A stretch of DNA of 64,000 bases from an uncultured Clostridia bacterium (GTDB lineage Bacteria; Bacillota; Clostridia; TANB77; CAG-465). Shown here one piece after another: positions 56,893 through 64,000 of the stretch. Under the pieces are notes generated by a model. The model did no database searches. It was not told where the DNA came from and saw nothing but the letters and a program-made list of their open reading frames with translations. The stretch lies in assembly GCA_944388585.1 (NCBI GenBank), contig CALXJI010000003.1, positions 79,360 through 143,359 of the forward strand. The letters are read 5' to 3'. The stretch's first letter is position 1; each line of letters starts with the position of its first letter. A program made the translations under genes and the position numbers.

Positions 56893-57612
56893 TTAATTAA
56901 ACGTTTCTAGCTTTTTATAAAATTTTAAATTTTTATCCACATATTCTTTATTGCAATTTTTCATATATTCATAATGTAATTTACAATAATTTACCATATA
57001 AAAATATGCAGAAGTAATTAATTGTTTATTCAGCTTTTCAATATTAACTACTATATTATCTATATTAATTGATATATTAGTATTTAAAAATTCACTCTTG
57101 CATTGATAGAACTTTATTTTATCAATAATATTATATCTGTCCCTAATTTGAAATCTTCTAAAATACTTATCTGTATTTTTTATTTGAATAAATCCATTAT
57201 ATAAAGATAGTTTTACTAACTCTTCTTGATATGCCTCTAAATATAAATTATTAGAAAACTCTATATCAAGTGACACTTTCATATTTGGTAATTCTTTAGA
57301 AAATATTTCAAGTATTTTTGATATATGTTTATATTTATTATCTATATCTTTTATAATATCTATATCGGAAGAAAAAACATATTTAAATTTAATAGCAGAA
57401 ATTTCCTCATCAGCTTCTATATACATATGAATATCTTTTTTTATATAGGATAATTTTTTTCTTCCTATATCCCATCCGCTTTCTAATAACTGTTTTTCAT
57501 TTTTCTTTATATAAGCTATAAATTTTTTATATACTTTTTCAGCTCTAATATGAAAATCTAAAATAACTTGTGTACTACTATTTCCGTATAATTTGTTTGC
57601 ACTCTCTTTCAT
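56893..57612 (-). CDS. hypothetical protein (239 aa)
   Basis: No motif; an out-of-frame ATG with a perfect SD lies 70 nt upstream (see findings). Confidence 0.3.
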   Translation of the reverse strand: MKESANKLYGNSSTQVILDFHIRAEKVYKKFIAYIKKNEKQLLESGWDIGRKKLSYIKKDIHMYIEADEEISAIKFKYVFSSDIDIIKDIDNKYKHISKILEIFSKELPNMKVSLDIEFSNNLYLEAYQEELVKLSLYNGFIQIKNTDKYFRRFQIRDRYNIIDKIKFYQCKSEFLNTNISINIDNIVVNIEKLNKQLITSAYFYMVNYCKLHYEYMKNCNKEYVDKNLKFYKKLETFN

Positions 57613-57978
57613 TAGCTTTTGCTTGCAAAAATAAATTGCTAGCGTCCTTTGATCTTTTTTGACCTACAAAATAATTGTTCATAATAAAACCTCCTATTAT
57701 TAAATATTAGTTACACACTAACTTGCACACTATATTATAGCATACATTTTACATAAAATAAAGTGAGAGACTAAAAAATATTATTATTTTTGTAAAAATT
57801 ACAAAATTTTAACTTTCTATACCCAGATATACTTAAATAATCTTTTATTCTTTTACAATATATATTTTTTAATTTATAACTTTTATTATAATTAAATATT
57901 GCATACTCACATGTATTACACTTATATACATACTTCATACATATATTATTTACAAAAAATAAAAGACCAAACGGTCTT

Positions 57979-58536
57979 TTACATCTTTTCTTTTACTTTA
58001 TCTTCTGCATATCTCATAGCTTGAATTGTTTCATCAAATAGTCTATCTAAATCCCAATTTAGTCTTTCAGCTCCAGCCTTTATTACATCTCTTGAACAAC
58101 CTGCAGCAAATTTTTTGTCTTTAAATTTTTTATTCAAACTTGATACTTCCATATCTTTTGTACTATGTGAAGGTCTCATTTTTGCAGCTGCCCATATTAA
58201 TCCTGTTAATTCATCTGTAGCAAATAAAATCTTTTCCATTTCATTTGTTGGCTCAACATCACTACACAAACCATATCCATGTGAACATACTGCATGTACC
58301 AAATTATCATCTACATTTTCTTCATTTAAAAGTTCAATACATTTTTTACAATGGTCTTGTGGCCACATTTCATAGTCTATATCATGTAAAAGTCCTGCAA
58401 TTGACCAAAATTCTTCATCCTCATTATATTTTTTAGCAAAATATTCCATAACATATGATACAGTTAATGCATGTTCTATATGAAATGGCTCTTTATTATA
58501 TTTTTTTAATAAATCATAAGCTTCATTCCAATTCAT
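57979..58536 (-). CDS. HD-domain phosphohydrolase
   Basis: HIEHALTVSY (H) ... GLLHDIDYEMW (HD) metal-binding motifs. Confidence 0.7.
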   Translation of the reverse strand: MNWNEAYDLLKKYNKEPFHIEHALTVSYVMEYFAKKYNEDEEFWSIAGLLHDIDYEMWPQDHCKKCIELLNEENVDDNLVHAVCSHGYGLCSDVEPTNEMEKILFATDELTGLIWAAAKMRPSHSTKDMEVSSLNKKFKDKKFAAGCSRDVIKAGAERLNWDLDRLFDETIQAMRYAEDKVKEKM

Positions 58537-58582
58537 TTTTTCTCATCCTTTCTTATAGTATTATAATTAATATTATCATACA

Positions 58583-60103
58583 ATGTCAATATTTACACAT
58601 ATTATATATATGGATATTAATTCAAAATCTATTTGGGAATATGAAGTAAAAAATACTAACTATAAAATATTAAACTCAGATATTACTACAGATATATGTA
58701 TAATTGGAGGTGGAATAGCTGGAATAAATATTGCATATAAACTGTATAAAAACAACTTAGATTTTATAGTATTAGAAAAAAATAAAATATGTAATAAGAC
58801 AACCAAATACTCTACTGCTAAAATCACTGCTCAGCATGGACTTATATATTATAATATAAAACAAAAATATGGAATAAATAATGCAAGAAAATATTTAGAG
58901 TCAAATTTAAAAGCTGTTGAAGAATATAAAGAAATAATATCAAATGAAAATATAGATTGTGATTTTGAAACTTGTGACTCTGTTATATTTACTCAAGATA
59001 TTAATAAAAAGAAAGATATTGAAAAAGAATATAATTGCCTAAAAAGTATTGGATACACAAATGTAGAAATATTAGATAATGAAACAATACTACCTAATAT
59101 AAAATATAGCATTAAATTTAAAAATCAAGCTAAATTTAATCCAGTAAAATATATTTATGCTTTATCTAATTTATTTGATAAAAGAATATATGAGTATACA
59201 AATGTAAAAAGTATAAAACGAGATGGCAATAAATATATTATATATGCAAATAATAGTAAAATTATCTGTAATAAAGTAATACTATGTACCCACTTTCCAA
59301 TAAAAGATATACCAGGATTTTACTTTTTTAAAATGTATCAAGACACATCTTATGCTATTGCAGCTAATATTAAAAATATAGACTTTAAAGATGTATATTT
59401 AAACTTAGATAATCCTACTATATCTCTTAGAACGACCAAAATAAATAACGATAATATTTTAATTGTAGGTGGGAATAATACTAAAACTGGAGATACTGCT
59501 TTAGAAGAAAAATATAAGTTTTTAGAAAATGTTGCAAAGCAAATTGCACCAAACTGTAAAATACTAGATAGGTGGAGTACTCAAGATTGTATGACTCTTG
59601 ATCAAATCCCATACATAGGCTGTTTTTCAAAATTTTTGCCAAATTTATATATAGCTACTGGCTTCAATAAATGGGGATTTACCACATCTATTGTAGCTTC
59701 AAATATAATATTAAATAAACTTTTAAATAAAAAAAATGACTCTTACAATACTTTTTTTGCAACAAGAGTACATCCAATAAAAAATATAAGCAAATTATAC
59801 TATAATATAGACCAAAGTATACAATCAATATTATTAAATAAATTTAAGATAAAAAAAGATATTTTAGATAATATTCCAAATGATACTGGTAGAATTTTAA
59901 AAGTGAATAATAAAAAAATAGGAATATATAAAGATAAAAACGGAAAAATATTTAAAGTTCATCCTTATTGTTCTCATCTAAAATGCGTCTTAACATTTAA
60001 TGCAGAGGATAAAACATGGGACTGTCCATGTCATGGCTCAAGATTTGATATATATGGTAATATATTAAACTCACCTGCAAATATAAACATACATATAGAA
60101 TAA
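58583..60103 (+). CDS. FAD-dependent oxidoreductase with C-terminal Rieske [2Fe-2S] domain
   Basis: ICIIGGGIAGINIAYKL dinucleotide-binding motif; C-terminal CSHLKC..17..CPCHGSRF (CxH..CxxH). Confidence 0.7.
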   Translation: MSIFTHIIYMDINSKSIWEYEVKNTNYKILNSDITTDICIIGGGIAGINIAYKLYKNNLDFIVLEKNKICNKTTKYSTAKITAQHGLIYYNIKQKYGINNARKYLESNLKAVEEYKEIISNENIDCDFETCDSVIFTQDINKKKDIEKEYNCLKSIGYTNVEILDNETILPNIKYSIKFKNQAKFNPVKYIYALSNLFDKRIYEYTNVKSIKRDGNKYIIYANNSKIICNKVILCTHFPIKDIPGFYFFKMYQDTSYAIAANIKNIDFKDVYLNLDNPTISLRTTKINNDNILIVGGNNTKTGDTALEEKYKFLENVAKQIAPNCKILDRWSTQDCMTLDQIPYIGCFSKFLPNLYIATGFNKWGFTTSIVASNIILNKLLNKKNDSYNTFFATRVHPIKNISKLYYNIDQSIQSILLNKFKIKKDILDNIPNDTGRILKVNNKKIGIYKDKNGKIFKVHPYCSHLKCVLTFNAEDKTWDCPCHGSRFDIYGNILNSPANINIHIE

Positions 60104-60123
60104 GAGCTTTTGCTCTTATTCTA
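60098..60123. terminator. bidirectional terminator overlapping both stop codons of the convergent genes
   Basis: GAATAAGAGC-tttt-GCTCTTATTC; the plus gene's TAA and purB's TAA (as tta) lie inside the stem. Confidence 0.7.
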
Positions 60124-61471
60124 TAAAATCTACTAGTTTTGATGCTAATCCAATATAAGTTGAAGGTCTTAAATTTAATAATCTTTTCCTATCTTCTTCA
60201 TCTATATCTAAACTAGTTATATAATCTTTTAACATGTCTAATGTTACTTCTTTTCCCCTTGTAAATTTTTTTAAACTTTCATATGCATCATTATATCCAT
60301 TTTTTCTAAGTACTGTTTGTATAGCTTCTGCAAGTATTTCTGGATTATCATCTAACTCATTTTCTAAGACTTTTACATCTACTTCCATTTTTTCAAATCC
60401 TTTTATACTTTGAATAATAGATACTAGTGTATGTGAAAAGACTACACCTATATTTCTTAAAGTAGATGAATCACTTAAATCTCTTTGCATTCTAGATATT
60501 TGTAAATTATTAGTAAAATTATCTATTATACTATTTGCCATATGTATATTTGCCATTGAATTTTCATGATTTATAGGGTTAACTTTATGCGGCATTACTG
60601 AAGAACCAACTTCTGTTTCAATAACTCTTTGTTTAAAATATTTTCTACTTATATACATCCACATATCACTATTAAAATCCAAAGTTACATTGTTAAATAA
60701 TTTTATATAACTAAAAAATTCACATAATACATCATGAGACTCGATTTGTGTAGTTAAATAATTAAATTTAAGTCCTAAAGAATTGACAAACTCTTTATTA
60801 AATTCTATCCAATTTATATTTTTATACGCCACAATATGTGCATTGTAGTTTCCCACTGCACCACTAAATTTTCCACAAAACTTAATATTTGATACTTTAT
60901 CTAAAATATACTTCCATCTATAGACAAATACAGCAAGTTCTTTGCCAACTGTTGTAGGAGTGGCAGGTTGGCCATGAGTATGTGCAAGCATAGGTATATT
61001 TTTATACTTTATTGCTTTTTGTTGAACTTTATTAATTAATTCTTTCATATTATAAGCTAAAATTTTATCCACAAATTCTTTGCACATTAATGCATATGCT
61101 AAATTATTTATATCTTCTGATGTACATCCAAAATGTACAAAATTTTTGTATTTGCCAATATTATTTTTATCCATTTCTTCTTTTATATAATACTCTATAG
61201 CTTTAACATCATGATTTGTTACTTTTTCAATTTCCTTTACTCTAATAGCACCATTTATATCAAAAGTATTATATATTTTATCCACATTTTCCACTATTTC
61301 TTTGTTGACATTACAAATATCACTCTTTAAAATATACTTTAACCATTCAATTTCAATTTTTACCCTATATTTTATATATGCATATTCACTAAAATATTCA
61401 CTTACTTTTTCTGTTATATCTCTATATCTTCCATCAATAGGTGATATACAAAACAATGTATTTAGCTCCAT
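60116..61471 (-). CDS. purB: adenylosuccinate lyase
   Basis: 451 aa; fumarate-lyase signature GSSVMPHKVNPINHEN. Confidence 0.9.
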   Translation of the reverse strand: MELNTLFCISPIDGRYRDITEKVSEYFSEYAYIKYRVKIEIEWLKYILKSDICNVNKEIVENVDKIYNTFDINGAIRVKEIEKVTNHDVKAIEYYIKEEMDKNNIGKYKNFVHFGCTSEDINNLAYALMCKEFVDKILAYNMKELINKVQQKAIKYKNIPMLAHTHGQPATPTTVGKELAVFVYRWKYILDKVSNIKFCGKFSGAVGNYNAHIVAYKNINWIEFNKEFVNSLGLKFNYLTTQIESHDVLCEFFSYIKLFNNVTLDFNSDMWMYISRKYFKQRVIETEVGSSVMPHKVNPINHENSMANIHMANSIIDNFTNNLQISRMQRDLSDSSTLRNIGVVFSHTLVSIIQSIKGFEKMEVDVKVLENELDDNPEILAEAIQTVLRKNGYNDAYESLKKFTRGKEVTLDMLKDYITSLDIDEEDRKRLLNLRPSTYIGLASKLVDFIE

Positions 61472-61481
61472 CTTTTCCCTC

Positions 61482-62753
<1,272 letters not shown>

Positions 62754-62783
62754 CTATCATCTCTCCTTTTCTAAACTATAAGT

Positions 62784-62821
62784 AAAAAAAAGATAAGAAG
62801 GTATTTTACTACCTTCTTATC
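62784..62821 (-). terminator. intrinsic terminator just upstream of the purA SD (terminator of the upstream gene and/or a leader attenuator)
   Basis: Minus strand: GATAAGAAGGTA-loop-TACCTTCTTATC followed by T8, ending about 10 nt before the purA SD GGAGAG. Confidence 0.7.
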
Positions 62822-62971
62822 TTACACGTTCGGCAAAGAAGCAAGTCTTTTGCTTGCATTTATAACTTAATATATAATTATTAAAGTTAAATCTTCTTTG
62901 CATTGCTATACTCCTTATAATTTTTTACATTAAAAGTATACATTAAATTATTTCCTTTGTCAATGACTTAT

Positions 62972-63835
62972 TTAACTTTTTGTTTTATATAAAGTTGTAA
63001 TGCTTATCTCAGGTGGATCAAATATTCTAATGGGTCTTGTAGAATTTCCAATTCCCCTACTTACTATTATTTGAGTATCTTTCTTTTTATGAATTCCAGA
63101 TGCAAGAGTTGTAAAGAACCAATTTTTCCTTGCTGTAGCAACACCTATTCCAAAAAATCGTATTCCTCCTCCATGAAGGTGCCCTGAAAAAACAAGATCA
63201 AATCCTTCTTTTACATACACCTCAAAATCCATTGGATCATGAGATAGTAATATATTATACTCATTTTTATTAATAACTCCTATTTTTTCTTCATAATCTT
63301 TTTTATATTTTTCCAAAACTTGTTCTGTTAAATCTTTTCTTGATGCAATATGACTAAAAATATATGATACTCCATATAAGTTCAATTTTTGATTTTCTCT
63401 TGTTAGCTCAATCTTTTTATCATCTAATACTACTACTCCTAAAGTTTCTAATTTATTCTTAAAATCTTGAATCTCTTTACTTTTTAATATCATTTCATGA
63501 TTTCCATAAACAAAATATATATTGTTAGATTTTATTTTACTAATAAATTCTAATGCTGGTCTATAATCTCTTTTTTGTCTTATAATAAAATCCCCTGTTA
63601 TAACTACAATATCTATTTTTTCCCCTTTAATTTTATTATTTATTAAATTAATTAATCTTTTGTTATTTTTACCATAAGTTGTACAATGCCAATCAGATAA
63701 ATGTAATATTTTAAAGCCATTAAATGCTTGTGGTAATTTATTACTTTTTACTTTATATCTACTTACAAAAATAACTTTATAATTTACATATATAAATAAT
63801 ATAACCAAAAGTATAATTATAATTAATATATTCAT
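62972..63835 (-). CDS. membrane-anchored metallophosphoesterase (calcineurin-like)
   Basis: N-terminal TM; GDFI, GNHE, SGHLHGGG metallophosphatase motifs. Confidence 0.75.
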   Translation of the reverse strand: MNILIIIILLVILFIYVNYKVIFVSRYKVKSNKLPQAFNGFKILHLSDWHCTTYGKNNKRLINLINNKIKGEKIDIVVITGDFIIRQKRDYRPALEFISKIKSNNIYFVYGNHEMILKSKEIQDFKNKLETLGVVVLDDKKIELTRENQKLNLYGVSYIFSHIASRKDLTEQVLEKYKKDYEEKIGVINKNEYNILLSHDPMDFEVYVKEGFDLVFSGHLHGGGIRFFGIGVATARKNWFFTTLASGIHKKKDTQIIVSRGIGNSTRPIRIFDPPEISITTLYKTKS

Positions 63836-63882
63836 ATTTGTACCTCAATAGCTAAATTATCTCATATAGAGCAAACTTTTTC

Positions 63883-63911
63883 AAGAAAAAACAGTAGAAA
63901 AATCTACTGTT
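63883..63911 (-). terminator. intrinsic terminator of the partial gene at the window end
   Basis: AACAGTAG-aaaaat-CTACTGTT followed on the minus strand by TTTTTTCTT. Confidence 0.7.
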
Positions 63912-63916
63912 CCTTT

Positions 63917-64000
63917 CTAATATTTAGGCATTAGTATTGCAAGAAGTATATATAATAATACACCTGTTCCAAAACAGATAACTGCAATACAAAAGGCAAG
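63917..64000 (-). CDS. C-terminal fragment of a membrane protein (gene continues beyond the window)
   Basis: Minus-strand frame LAFCIAVICFGTGVLLYILLAILMPKY* ending at 63917. Confidence 0.4.
   Translation of the reverse strand, partial: LAFCIAVICFGTGVLLYILLAILMPKY

Overview
AT-rich (~25% GC) chromosome segment from an endospore-forming Firmicute, Clostridia-like (spmA/spmB, cwlD, Spo0E-like gene, Spo0A-box motifs). The backbone is housekeeping: miaA-mutL-mutS, an ECF sigma/anti-sigma/LiaF-like membrane module, spmAB, guaD, tadA flanked by two tRNA-Arg genes, a 1444-aa fused acyl-CoA dehydratase-activase protein, cysE-cysK-cysS, an M16 peptidase pair, tagO/wecA-like, rpiB, LMW-PTP, nadK, capsule cpsC/cpsD-like genes, a GH13 amylase, purA-purB and others. 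Points worth a second look: (1) a 14-codon leader peptide with four consecutive Cys codons behind a strong sigma-A promoter and ahead of an intrinsic terminator directly upstream of cysE-cysK, a candidate cysteine leader-peptide attenuator; (2) two GC-rich (40-50% GC) apparently foreign cassettes in the same cysteine locus, one carrying cysS and one a CyuA-like cysteine desulfidase with a 7-Cys run; (3) an operon of a split or non-canonically initiated VirB4-like ATPase plus a P-loop ATPase and an unknown protein; (4) an operon of a homospermidine-synthase-like NAD enzyme, an unknown protein and a circularly permuted ATP-grasp (GspS/YgiC-like) enzyme; (5) an operon of a nucleotidyltransferase, a MoaA-like radical SAM enzyme and a NUDIX hydrolase; (6) recurring TGTAGG/CCTACA palindromes and Spo0A-box-containing repeats. 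No CRISPR array, rRNA or obvious transposase was seen. All calls rest on reading the sequence and remembered family signatures; no database searches were run.
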